From assembly GCF_964204645.1 (NCBI RefSeq), contig NC_134029.1, forward strand, positions 15,370,950 to 15,434,949: DNA of 64,000 bases. Reading direction: 5' to 3'. Source of the DNA: Tubulanus polymorphus. Lineage: Eukaryota > Animalia > Nemertea. Both the position numbers and the translations under genes were made by a program. Below, piece after piece: positions 50,780 to 64,000 of this stretch (position 1 is the stretch's first letter; each line of letters starts with the position of its first letter). The notes below the pieces were generated by a model that was given only the letters and a program-made list of their open reading frames with translations, was not told the origin of the DNA and made no database searches.

Positions 50780-51385
50780 AATATCAACACATACAAATAT
50801 CATTTATTGAATTTATGTGACTTTTATTAAGATTGATGTATAATAAATGGAAACAGTTCAAACAACAAACTATCAAATGAATATTAAATGTTAATTAGAC
50901 AATGTATTCAATTTAATACGGATGAAAAATTATATTCCTTTAAATGAATTAACAGTTTAAAATAGTATGTCAAGATTAAAAATCAAATGATAAATCATTT
51001 AGAATTATTGAATACATTAATGAGAATAATAATGAAATATTCCAATCACTACAATTTAATTCGTGAGAACTTGATGAATTGATTAAAGAATGTAAAAGAT
51101 ACGTAAAGGGGTCTTTTTGAAGAAACAAAAAATATATGTTTTTAATTTGCAGAGATAATCATACGAACTGAAAATAAAAGGAGTTATGTATGATATGAAC
51201 AATAATAAATTAGATAATAAAACAATGGAAAATGTAGCAATACAATTAGACAATGAAAGAAGAAATGTTTGTGGAAAAAAGTATTCAATGGGATTGAGAC
51301 AATGAAATTAATGTAATAAGAGTTCTGATAAAATAGTTAACTGTAGTTGCGGTAGAACATATGCTCACAAACCTTGAATAGCACA
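50780..51385 (+). mobile_element. Virus-like segment D (degenerate ORF)
   Basis: TAATAAATGGAA start as at 3389. The broken frame includes ELDELIKECKRYVKGSF and NCSCGRTY, homologous to segment C. Confidence 0.5.
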
Positions 51386-51389
51386 TATT

Positions 51390-52380
51390 CAATTGTCACG
51401 GGCGACAAAACAAAAATAATGAATTGTCGCGGGCAATAAAACCAAAATAATGAATTGTCTCGGGCGACGAAACCAAAATAATGAATTGTCGCGGGCGATA
51501 AAACGAAAATATTGAATTGTCGCGGGCGATAAAACCAAAATAATGAATTGTCGCGACGACAAAACCAAAATATTAAATTGTCGCGGGCGACAAAACCAAA
51601 AAAAAAAATTGTCGCGGGCGACAAAAACAAAATGTAAAACCAAAATAATGAATGGTCGCGGGCATCAAAACCAAAAAGAAGAATTGTCGCCGGCGATAAA
51701 ACCAAAATATTGAATTGTCGCGGGCAACAAAACCAAACTAATGAATCGTCGCGGGCGATAAAACCAAACTAATGAATTCTCGCGGGCGATAAAACCAAAC
51801 TAATGAATTGTCGCGGGCGATTAAACAAAAATATTGAATTGTCGCGGGCGATTAAACCAAAATAATGAATTGTCTCGGGCGATAGAACCAAAATATTGAA
51901 TTGTCGCGGGCGATAAAACCAAAATAATGAATTATCTCGGGCGATAAAACCAAAATATTGAATTGTCGCGGGCAACAAAACCAAAATATTGAATTGTCGC
52001 GGGCGACAAAACCAAAAAAAAATTTCGTAGGCGACAAAAACAAAGTATAAAACCAAATTAATGAATTGTCGCAGGCGTCAAAACCAAAAACAAGAATTGT
52101 CGCGGGCGACAAAACCAAAATAATGAATTGTCGCTGGAGATAAAACCAAAGTAATGACTTGTCGTGGGCGATAAAACCAAAATATTGAATCGTCGCGGGC
52201 GACAAAACCAAACTAATGAATGGTCTCGGGCGACAAAACCAAAATAATGAATTGTCGCGGGCGATAAAAACGAAATATTGTCGCGGGCGATAAAACCAAA
52301 ATAATGAATTATCGCGGGCGATAAAACCAAAATATTGAATTGTCGCGGGCGATAAAACCAAAATAATGAATTGTCGCGGA
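51390..52380. repeat. 31-bp satellite block 1
   Basis: Unit AATTGTCGCGGGCGA(T/C)AAAACCAAAATA(A/T)TG. Confidence 0.97.
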
Positions 52381-52687
52381 ATGATGCAATCGTGAGTTGA
52401 AATAATACCTGAACAAATCGATGCACAGACATTTACTTTAGATATCTACTTGAACAATCGAGCCTACTCAGTAATATACTCAGTTTTTTACGAAACCTGG
52501 AGTTTTTGTTTCAGAGAAATTTGAGTATCAGTATCCGATGCTATATACTAACGTTAACGTTAGTTATCATCGCTCCGTCATGCTAAGTTATACATTTCAT
52601 GTCAACAAGTATCTACAGGCAGCTGTACAGTGTGTACACACTATATCTGAATACGAGGCTGGAATAACAGGCTCACTTCACGTAGGT

Positions 52688-55642
52688 TCATGATGAGGAG
52701 AAACTCGCAGCTGATCCCCGGAACGACGATGTAGTAACACACGTCGATTCGTCGATGTTTACGGCTCGACAGTGCTTTTAAAATCTAAAGTAGTAAATCT
52801 CCAGTGTATCGGTAATATGATTTGATGAGGAAAATGGGCTATTGTTAAAATCACTGTTTGAAGACCGCGACTGAATGTGAAGTCTGCGGCAATAAATTAG
52901 TTCATTTATACTTGAATTGATAATCGAAGTGACAGTCGGCCTGCGGGTTGATTTCGGGATGACGACTCGAAAAACATGTCGCCCCATTGAATGGGGCTAA
53001 ATTTTCGATGTTTACGGCCCGACAGCGCTTTTGTAACGATGATTCGTGAAAAAACACGCGGGCTATTTGTAGATCTCAGTGAGCTGAACGATATTATATG
53101 GATTGTATATGAAACAGCGGTAAGGTAACAAAGCCTATGTTCTTTTGGTAAAAATAGTGTGGAAGAAAATAATAATAAATATAGCTGCAAAGCAGCGATA
53201 ACGGGTTTTCTGCACAGTCTTAGAATCCTGTTCAACGGGGGATTTCAACAGAGCATTTGATAAGGCTAAACATCAGCCATTACTAAACAGGCTATTAGGA
53301 AACAGTATCAATGATAGGTCGCCCAAATGGCTCAGCAGTTATCTCTGAACGGAAACTTGTAACCGAAATCAACGGAACGCCTCATCTTGGAATGAGACGG
53401 TCTAACTAGTGGAGTCACTCAAGGTAGTATCCTAACTCGTCTTCTGTTTAATGTCCTGACAAATGACATACACAGTAATCCAAAATATACCAGACCGAGT
53501 AAATTTCCAAAACAACCTTAACACACTGTTCGACCAAAAAACTTAATGTTCCGACAAAACCACGGGCGACAAAACCAAAATTATGAAAACCAAATTAATT
53601 AATTGTCGCGGGCGACAAAACCAAAAAGAAGAATTGTCGCGGGCGACAAAACGAAAATAATGAATTGTCGCTGGAGATAAAACCAAAGTAATGAATTGTC
53701 ATGGGCGATAAAATCAAAATATTGAATTGTCGCCGAGCGACAAAACCAAACTAATGAATGGTCGCGGGCGATAAAACCAAAATAATGAATTATCGCGGGC
53801 GATAAAACCAAAATATTGAATTGTCGCGGGCGATAAAACCAAAATAATGAATTATCGCGGGCGACAAAACCAAAATATTGAATTGTCGCGGGCGACAAAA
53901 CCAAAATATTGAATTGTCGCGGGCGACAAAACCAAACTAATGAATTGTCGCGGGCGACAAAACCAAAAAAAGAATTGTCGGGGCGACAAAACCAAAATAA
54001 TGAAATGTCGCGGGCGATAAAACCAAAGTATTGAATTGTCACGTGTGACAAAACCAAAATAATGAATTGTCGCGGGCGACAAAATCAAAATAATGAATTG
54101 TCGCGGGCGATAAAACCAAAATAATGAATTGTCTCGGGCGACAAAACCAAAATAATGAATTATCGCGGGCGATAAAACCAAAATATTGAATTGTCGCGGG
54201 CGACAAAACCAAAATAATGAATTGTCGCGGGCGACAAAATCAAAATCATTGTTTTCTCGCGTTATTTTAGTTTTGTCGTTTTGTCGTAATGTCGCCCTAA
54301 TTTGCATATTCGTGTTTTTTTTATCAGCCACCATACTAAAGCCTTAAGGTCGCGTAAAACTCGATAACCACTTCAAGCGACACAGCGAACGATCTCCTTT
54401 CCCCCACAGCGAACGCTTACTCCGAATGTCAAGTGTGAGTCCAGCATACGGATAGGAGTGTGTTATATACTTGTATTTAGTAAATACCTTGTGCATTTGA
54501 CAATGATCGGTATGTACTGTAGGAAATATAGAGTATTGATAAATGGTTGAAGCCCGCGGCCGAATAAAGTAATATATTCTTTTATTTTGATACCTCGTCG
54601 ACATAACAGCTTTTCTCCGCTATATCTCTTCGGCCTGTTTAGTTTAGGCCTACGATTCCCCGGTACACTAAAGATTTATCTTAGTAAATACACGGTTAAT
54701 TCGGTAAAGAAAAATAGGTATTGTTATACTAACTCCTTGAAACCCGCAGCCAAATCACTGGTAGTAATAAATTAATTTGTACTCGATTTGATTCTCATGA
54801 TGAGGAGAAACTCGCAGCCCATCCCCGGAACGTCGATGTAGTAACACACGTCGTTTACGGCTCGACAGTGCTTTTAAAAGTAGTAAATTTCCAGTGTATC
54901 GGTAATATGATTTGATGAGGAAAATGGACTATTGTTAAAATCACTGTTTGAAGACCGTGACTGAATGTAAAGTCTGCGGCAATAAATTAGTTCATTTATA
55001 CTTGAATTGATAATCGAAGTGACAGTCGGCCTGCGGGTTGATATCGGGATGACGACTCGAAAAACATGTCGCCCCATTGAATGGGTCTAAATTTTCGATG
55101 TTTACGGCCCGACAGCGCTTTTGTAACGATGATTCGTGAAAAAACACGCGGGCTATTTGTAGATCTCAGTGAGCTGAACGATATTATATGGATTGTATAT
55201 GAAACAGCGGTAAGGTAACAAAGCCTATGTTCTTTTGGTAAAAATAGTGTGGAAGAAAATAATAATAGATATAGCTGCAAAGCAGCGATAACGGGTTTTC
55301 TGCACAGTCTTAGAATCCTGTTCAACGGTGGATTTCGACGAAGCATTTGATAAGGCACAACATCAGCCATTACTAAACAGGCTATTAGGAAACAGTATCA
55401 ATGATAGGTCGCCCAAATGGCTCAGCAGCTATCTCTGAACGAAAACTTGTAGCCGAAATCAACGGAACGCCTCATCTTGGAATAAGTCGGTCAAACTAGT
55501 GGAGTCACGCAAGGTAGTATCCTAAGTTGTGTTCTGTTTAATGTCCTGACAAATGACATACACACTAATCCAACATATCCCAGACCGAGTAAATTTCCAA
55601 ATCGACCTTAACACGCTGTTCGACCAAAAAACTTAATGTTCC
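52688..55642 (+). repeat. ~850 bp segment duplicated (52688-53550 and 54796-55642), containing a LINE RT fragment
   Basis: tcatgatgaggagaaactcgcagc begins both copies. DF..AFDK..H..LL..L....I......WLSSYL...SGVTQGSIL...LFNV..NDI at ~53240-53480 and ~55330-55570. Confidence 0.85.
53562..54245. repeat. 31-bp satellite block 2
   Basis: Same unit as block 1. Confidence 0.97.
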
Positions 55643-56109
55643 AACAAGAAAAGCTTGTTCGAATGAAAATAATTCTGTTTGATCGAACTATACGCTTTTT
55701 GCTTGAACCAAAAATTTTCTTCATTCTGACAAAAAATGTGTTCGAATAAAAAGCTATGTTATTGTTGAAATGAAAAATTTTAAGTCCCGGCAAAAAAATT
55801 TGGTCGAGCGAAAACAATTTTTTCGAACGAATGTTTGAATGAAAACAATTCTGTTCGATTGAACGAAATACTTCATACTTTCGGTTCGGAGAAAAAACTT
55901 TTTTCAATATACTTGTTCGAACGAAAAACTTAATGTTCTGACAAGAAAATTCTGTTAAAAAAAAAAAAGATTCTGTTCAATTGAACGATTGTTCGAACGA
56001 AAAACCTTTCGTTTGGACAAAAAAAGTTTGTTCAACTTTGTTCTTGCGATTTTGTCGCGTCGCAGAAAGTAGAACACGTACGACTCCATGTGACTGGCGT
56101 TGCTGAAAG

Positions 56110-57180
56110 ATCAGGACGCCAGTGATATGACGACTGAGTTTCAAGTCGTCAAAACGTCACGATACGTCAACATATTTATGTTGACTTGATGCGATATATC
56201 GCGATATATCGACATAAATATGGCGACTTGTCGAGTTGGAACGCGACAACTCGAGGCCCTTTATCGCTTCCGTAGATCTTTCATTAAGTAGGATCACTTG
56301 AATGATCGCTTTTAATATCACTTAAAAAAAAAAAAATAATCTGCCAAAATGACCTTAATATTCGACACTATATCTACGGAAGCGATAAGTACGGAAGCGA
56401 TAAGGGGCCTCGAGTTGTCGCTTTCCAACTCGACAAGTCGCCATATTTATGTCGACATATCGCGATATATCGCGTCAAGTCGACATGAATATGTCGACAT
56501 ATCGTGACGTTTTGACGACAAATTTCGCTTTTTCGCCCATTTTCCACGGGACAAGCCGTCATTTGAAGACACGTCTAAATGTAAGATGAGGACGCCAGTA
56601 ATATGACGACTGAGTTTCAAGTCGTCATGAATATGTCGACTTGTCGCGAGGAAAATGGTCGTGAAAACGAAATATGTCGTCAAAACTTCACTATATGTCG
56701 ACATATTCATGTCGACTTGACGCGATATATCGCGATATATCGACATAAATATGACGACTTGTCGAGTTGGAACGCGACATTTCGAGGCCCCTCATCGCTT
56801 CCGTAGATAAGGGGGCACGAGATGTCGCGTTCCAACTCGAATAGTTGCCATATTTATGTCGACATACCGCGATATATCGCGTCAAGTCGATATATCGTGA
56901 CGTTTTGACGACATATTTCGTTTTCTCGACCATTTTCCTCGCGACAAGTCGACATATTCATGACGACTTGAAACTCAGTCGTCATATTACTAGCGTCCTC
57001 ATCTTACACTTAGACATGTCTTCAAATGACGGCTTGTCCCGTGGAAAATGAGCAAAAAAGCTAAATTTGTTGTGAAAACGTCACGATATGTAGACATATT
57101 CATGTGGACTTGAACGACATAAATATGGCGACTTGTCGAGTTTGAACGCGACAACTCGAGGCCCTTTATCGCTTCCATAC
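56110..57180. mobile_element. Cluster of CpG-rich MITEs in alternating orientation
   Basis: TIR ctacggaagcgataa(g)gggcctcgagttgtcgc / gcgacaactcgaggccctttatcgcttccgtag. Copies at ~56110-56275, 56375-56805 and 56805-57180. Confidence 0.8.
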
Positions 57181-57259
57181 TATATCAGATTAATCGACTT
57201 CAAAATAGGCGAAAGCATAAGTCTTTATTACGTTATTAATTGGCCTAATTATTCAAAGT

Positions 57260-60200
57260 GGGCGACAAAACCAAAAAAATTAATTGTCGCGGGCGATAAA
57301 ACCAAAATAATCATTTGTCGCTGGCGATAAAACCAAAATATTGAATTGTCGCGGGCGACAAAACCAAAAAAAAATGAATTGTCGCGGGCGATAAAACCAA
57401 AATAATGAATTGTCGCGGGCGATAAAACCAAAATAATGAATTGTCGCGTGCGACAAAACCAAAATAATGAATTGTCGCGTGCGACAAAACCAAACTAATG
57501 AATTGTCGCGGGTGATAAAACCAAAATAATGAATTGTCGCGTGCGACAAAACCAAAATAATGAATTGTCGCGTGCGACAAAACCAAACTAATGAATTGTC
57601 GCGGGTGATAAAACCAAAATAATGAATTGTCGCTGGTGATAAAACCAAAATATTGAATTGTCGCAGGCGATAAAACCAAAATATTGAATTGTCGCAGGCG
57701 ATAAAACCAAAATATTGAATTGTCGCGTGGACAAAACCAAAATTTTGAATTGTCGCGGGCGACAAAACCAAACTAATGAATTGTTGCAGGCGATAAAACC
57801 AAAATAATGAATTGTCGTGGGCGATAAAACCAAAATAATGAAATGTTGCTGGTGATAAAACCAAAATATTGAATTGTCGCGGACGATAAAACCAAAATAA
57901 TGAATTGTCGCGGGCGATAAAACCAAAATAATGAATTGTCGCGTGCGACAAAACCAAAATAATGAATTGTCGCGGGCGATAAAACCAAAATAATAAATTG
58001 TCCCGGGCGACAAAACCAAAATATTGAATTGTTGCGGGCGACAAAACCAAACTAATGAATTGTTGCGGGCGATAAAACCAAAATAATGAATTGTCGCGGG
58101 CTATAAAACCAAAATAATGAATTGTCGCGTGCGACAACACCAAAATAATGAATTGTCGCGGGCGATAAAACCAAAATAATGAATTGTCGCGGGCGACAAA
58201 ACCAAAATAATGTATTGTCGCAGGCAATAAAACCAAAATAATGAATTGTCGCTGGTGATAAAACCAAAATATTCAATTGTCGCAGGCGATAAAACCAAAA
58301 TATTGAATTGTCGCAGCCGATAAAACCGCGACATAAAAAAAATTGTCGCAGGCGATAAAACCAAAATAATGAATTGTCGCGGGCGATAAAACCAAAATAA
58401 TGAATTGTCGCGGGCGACAAAACCAAAATAATGTATTGTCGCGGGCGATAAAACCAAAATAATGAATTGTCGCTGGTGATAAAACCAAAATATTGAATTG
58501 GCGCAGGCGATAAAACCAAAATATTGAAGTGTCGTAGGCGATAAAACCGCGACAAAAAAAAAAATTGTTGCAGGCGATAAAACCAAAATAATGAATTGTC
58601 GCGTGCTACAAAACCAAAATAATGAACTGTCGCGGGCGATTAAACCAAAATAATGAATTGTCGCGGGCGATAAAACCAAAATAATGAAATGTCCCGGGCG
58701 ACAAAACCAAAATATTGAATTGTTGCGGGCGACAAAACCAAACTAATGAATTGTTGCGGGCGATAAAACCAAAATAATGAATTGTCACTGGCGATAAAAC
58801 CAAAATATTGAATTGTCGCAGGCTATAAAACCGCGACAAAAAAAAATTGTCGCGGGCGATAAAACCAAAATAATGAATTGTGGCGTGCGACAACACCAAA
58901 ATAATGAATTGTCGCGGGCGATAAAACCAAAATAATGAATTGTCGCGGGCGATAAAACCAAAATAATGAATTGTCCTGGGCGACAAAACCAAAATATTGA
59001 ATTGTTGCGGGCGATAAAACCAAAATAATGAATTGTCGCGTGCGACAACACCAAAATAATGAATTGTCGCGGGCGATAAAACCAAAATAATGAATTGTCG
59101 CGGGCGACAAAACCAAAATAATGTATTGTCGCAGGCAATAAAACCAAAATAATGAATTGTCGCTGGTGATAAAACCAAAATATTGAATTGTCGCAGGCGA
59201 TAAAACCAAAATATTGAAGTGTCGTAGGCGATAAAACCGCGACAAAAAAAAAATTGTCGCAGGCGATAAAACCAAAATAATGAATTGTCGCGTGCTACAA
59301 AACCAAAATAATGAAATGACGCGGGCGATAAAACCAAAATAATGAATTGTCACGGGCGATGAAACCAAAATAATGAATTGTCGCGGGCGACAAAACCAAA
59401 ATAATGTATTGTCGCGGGCGATAAAACCAAAATAATGAATTGTCGCTGGTGATAAAACCAAAATATTGAATTGTCGCAGGCGATAAAACCAAAATATTGA
59501 AGTGTATTAATATTGAAGCGATAAAACCGCGACAAAAAAAAAAATTGTTGCAGGCGATAATACCAAAATAATGAATTGTCGCGTGCTACAAAACCAAAAT
59601 AATGAACTGTCGCGGGCGATTAAACCAAAATAATGAATTGTCGCGGGCGATAAAACCAAAATAATGAAATGTCCCGGGCGACAAAACCAAAATATTGAAT
59701 TGTTGCGGGCGACAAAACCAAACTAATGAATTGTTGCGGGCGATAAACCCAAAATAATGAATTGTCACTGGCGATAAAACCAAAATATTGAATTGTCGCG
59801 GGCTATAAAACCGCGACAAAAAAAATTGTCGCGGGCGATAAAACAAAAATAATGAATTGTCGCGTGCGACAACACCAAAATAATGAATTGTCGCGGGCGA
59901 TAAAACCAAAATAATGAATTGTCGCGGGCGATAAAACCAAAATAATGAATTGTCCTGGGCGACAAAACCAAAATATTGAATTGTTGCGGGCGATAAAACC
60001 AAACTAATGAATTGTTGCGGGCGATAAAACGAAAATAATGAATTGTCGCGGGCGATAAAACCAAAATAATGAATTGTCGCGGGCGACAAAACCAAAATAA
60101 TGTATTGTCGCAGGCAATAAAACCAAAATAATGAATTGTCGCTGGTGATAAAACCAAAATATTGAATTGTCGCAGGCGATAAAACCAAAATATTGAAGTG

Positions 60201-63200
60201 TCGTAGGCGATAAAACCGCGACAAAAAAAAAAATTGTTGCAGGCGATAAAACCAAAATAATGAATTGTCGCGTGCTACAAAACCAAAATAATGAACTGTC
60301 GCGGGCGATTAAACCAAAATAATGAATTGTCGCGGGCGATAAAACCAAAATAATGAAATGTCCCGGGCGACAAAACCAAAATATTGAATTGTTGCGGGCG
60401 ACAAAACCAAACTAATGAATTGTTGCGGGCGATAAAACCAAAATAATGAATTGTCACTGGCGATAAAACCAAAATATTGAATTGTCGCAGGCTATAAAAC
60501 CGCGACAAAAAAAAATTGTCGCGGGCGATAAAGCCAAAATAATGAATTGTCGCGTGCGACAACACCAAAATAATGAATTGTCGCGGGCGATAAAACCAAA
60601 ATAATGAATTGTCGCTGGTGATAAAACCAAAATATTGAATTGTCGCAGGCGATAAAACCAAAATATTGAAGTGTCGTAGGCGATAAAACCGCGACAAAAA
60701 AAAAATTGTCGCAGGCGATAAAACCAAAATAATGAATTGTCGCGTGCTACAAAACCAAAATAATGAAATGACGCGGACGATAAAACCAAAATAATGAATT
60801 GTCACGGGCGATAAAACCAAAATAATGAATTGACCCGGGCGACAAAACCAAAATATTGAATTGTCGCGGGCGACAAAACCAAAATAATGTATTGTCGCGG
60901 GCGATAAAACCAAAATAATGAATTGTCGCTGGTGATAAAACCAAAATATTGAATTGTCGCAGGCGATAAAACCAAAATATTGAAGTGTCGTAGGCGATAA
61001 AACCGCGACAAAAAAAAAAATTGTTGCAGGCGATAAAACCAAAATAATGAATTGTCGCGTGCTACAAAACCAAAATAATGAACTGTCGCGGGCGATTAAA
61101 CCAAAATAATGAATTGTCGCGGGCGATAAAACCAAAATAATGAAATGTCCCTGGCGACAAAACCAAAATATTGAATTGTTGCGGGCGATAAAACCAAAAT
61201 AATGAATTGTCGCGGGCGACAAAACCAAAATAATGTATTGTCGCAGGCAATAAAACCAAAATAATGAATTGTCGCTGGTGATAAAACCAAAATATTGAAT
61301 TGTCGCAGGCGATAAAACCAAAATATTGAAGTGTCGTAGGCGATAAAACCGCGACAAAAAAAAAATTGTCGCAGGCGATAAAACCAAAATAATGAATTGT
61401 CGCGTGCTGCAAAACCAAAATAATGAAATGACGCGGACGATAAAACCAAAATAATGAATTGTCACGGGCGATAAAACCAAAATAATGAATTGACCCGGGC
61501 GACAAAACCAAAATATTGAATTGTCGCGGGCGACAAAACCAAAATAATGTATTGTCGCGGGCGATAAAACCAAAATAATGAATTGTCGCTGGTGATAAAA
61601 CCAAAATATTGAATTGTCGCAGGCGATAAAACCAAAATATTGAAGTGTCGTAGGCGATAAAACCGCGACAAAAAAAAAAATTGTTGCAGGCGATAAAACC
61701 AAAATAATGAATTGTTGCGTGCTACAAAACCAAAATAATGAACTGTCGCGGGCGATTAAACCAAAATAATGAATTGTCGCGGGCGATAAAACCAAAATAA
61801 TGAAATGTCCCGGGCGACAAAACCAAAATATTGAATTGTTGCGGGCGACAAAACCAAACTAATGAATTGTTGCGGGCGATAAAACCAAAATAATGAATTG
61901 TCACTGGCGATAAAACCAAAATATTGAATTGTCGCAGGCTATAAAACCGCGACAAAAAAAAATTGTCGCGGGCGATAAAACCAAAATAATGAATTGTCGC
62001 GTGCGACAACACCAAAATAATGAATTGTCGCGGGCGATAAAACCAAAATAATGAATTGTCGCTGGTGATAAAACCAAAATATTGAATTGTCGCAGGCGAT
62101 AAAACCAAAATATTGAAGTGTCGTAGGCGATAAAACCGCGACAAAAAAAAAATTGTCGCAGGCGATAAAACCAAAATAATGAATTGTCGCGTGCTACAAA
62201 ACCAAAATAATGAAATGACGCGGACGATAAAACCAAAATAATGAATTGTCACGGGCGATAAAACCAAAATAATGAATTGACCCGGGCGACAAAACCAAAA
62301 TATTGAATTGTCGCGGGCGACAAAACCAAAATAATGTATTGTCGCGGGCGATAAAACCAAAATAATGAATTGTCGCTGGTGATAAAACCAAAATATTGAA
62401 TTGTCGCAGGCGATAAAACCAAAATATTGAAGTGTCGTAGGCGATAAAACCGCGACAAAAAAAAAATTGTTGCAGGCGATAAAACCAAAATAATGAATTG
62501 TCGCGTGCTACAAAACCAAAATAATGAACTGTCGCGGGCGATTAAACCAAAATAATGAATTGTCGCGGGCGATAAAACCAAAATAATGAAATGTCCCTGG
62601 CGACAAAACCAAAATATTGAATTGTTGCGGGCGATAAAACCAAAATAATGAATTGTCGCGGGCGACAAAACCAAAATAATGTATTGTCGCAGGCAATAAA
62701 ACCAAAATAATGAATTGTCGCTGGTGATAAAACCAAAATATTGAATTGTCGCAGGCGATAAAACCAAAATATTGAAGTGTCGTAGGCGATAAAACCGCGA
62801 CAAAAAAAAAATTGTCGCAGGCGATAAAACCAAAATAATGAATTGTCGCGTGCTGCAAAACCAAAATAATGAAATGACGCGGACGATAAAACCAAAATAA
62901 TGAATTGTCACGGGCGATAAAACCAAAATAATGAATTGACCCGGGCGACAAAACCAAAATATTGAATTGTCGCGGGCGACAAAACCAAAATAATGTATTG
63001 TCGCGGGCGATAAAACCAAAATAATGAATTGTCGCTGGTGATAAAACCAAAATATTGAATTGTCGCAGGCGATAAAACCAAAATATTGAAGTGTCGTAGG
63101 CGATAAAACCGCGACAAAAAAAAAAATTGTTGCAGGCGATAAAACCAAAATAATGAATTGTTGCGTGCTACAAAACCAAAATAATGAACTGTCGCGGGCG

Positions 63201-64000
63201 ATTAAACCAAAATAATGAATTGTCGCGGGCGATAAAACCAAAATAATGAAATGTCCCGGGCGACAAAACCAAAATATTGAATTGTTGCGGGCGACAAAAC
63301 CAAACTAATGAATTGTTGCGGGCGATAAAACCAAAATAATGAATTGTCACTGGCGATAAAACCAAAATATTGAATTGTCGCAGGCTATAAAACCGCGACA
63401 AAAAAAAATTGTCGCGGGCGATAAAACCAAAATAATGAATTGTCGCGTGCGACAACACCAAAATAATGAATTGTCGCGGGCGATAAAACCAAAATAATGA
63501 ATTGTCGCTGGTGATAAAACCAAAATATTGAATTGTCGCAGGCGATAAAACCAAAATATTGAAGTGTCGTAGGCGATAAAACCGCGACAAAAAAAAATTG
63601 TCGCAGGCGATAAAACCAAAATAATGAATTGTCGCGTGCTACAAAACCAAAATAATGAAATGACGCGGACGATAAAACCAAAATAATGAATTGTCACGGG
63701 CGATAAAACCAAAATAATGAATTGACCCGGGCGACAAAACCAAAATATTGAATTGTCGCGGGCGACAAAACCAAAATAATGTATTGTCGCGGGCGATAAA
63801 ACCAAAATAATGAATTGTCGCTGGTGATAAAACCAAAATATTGAATTGTCGCAGGCGATAAAACCAAAATATTGAAGTGTCGTAGGCGATAAAACCGTGA
63901 CAAAAAAAAAAATTGTTGCAGGCGATAAAACCAAAATAATGAATTGTCGCGTGCTACAAAACCAAAATAATGAACTGTCGCGGGCGATTAAACCAAAATA
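57260..64000. repeat. 31-bp satellite array (over 6.7 kb, runs off the window) with higher-order repeats
   Basis: Same unit; diagnostic variants recur at ~1446 bp spacing. Confidence 0.98.

Noticed and set aside
52688-52740. Possible hammerhead ribozyme near tgatgaggagaaac
   Set aside because: It lacks the CUGANGA core and the pairing stems needed for a hammerhead.
51337-63934. Dozens of minus-strand VLSPATIHYFGFIARDNSLFWF ORFs
   Set aside because: A 31-bp satellite read through three frames gives a 31 aa pseudo-repeat; these are not genes.
57260-64000. CRISPR-like appearance (palindromic ~30 bp repeats)
   Set aside because: Monomers are contiguous with no unique spacers, there are no cas genes, and the context is eukaryotic.

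Overview
AT-rich, repeat-dense animal (probably invertebrate) genomic DNA. The host gene is a + strand fibrillin: 8 exons with canonical AG/GT sites and all phase-1 junctions encode one 8-Cys TB domain and six calcium-binding EGF domains, collinear with human FBN1 TB3-cbEGF16. The gene runs off both ends of the window. Its introns (two are about 19-20 kb) hold most of the interest. (1) An apparently intact, antisense, 4-exon nested gene (42838->40090, 253 aa, TATA+Inr, polyA signal) encodes a tandem OB-fold protein of RPA/HIN-200-like layout. Next to it is a pseudogene copy whose exons 2 and 3 have swapped order. (2) At least four very AT-rich virus-like segments have packed small ORFs starting at TAAATG-like motifs, zinc fingers and a frameshifted Polinton-type penton. 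Three of them carry a shared ~155 bp terminal hairpin or its half. (3) There are remnants of hAT-like and Academ-like transposases, LINE RT fragments, tRNA-derived SINE heads, MITE/foldback elements and three ~500 bp tandem duplications. (4) Compound microsatellites and a 31-bp satellite with ~1.45 kb higher-order repeats are also present. Almost all long ORFs in the supplied track are repeat artefacts. All homology calls come from reading the sequence, not from database searches.
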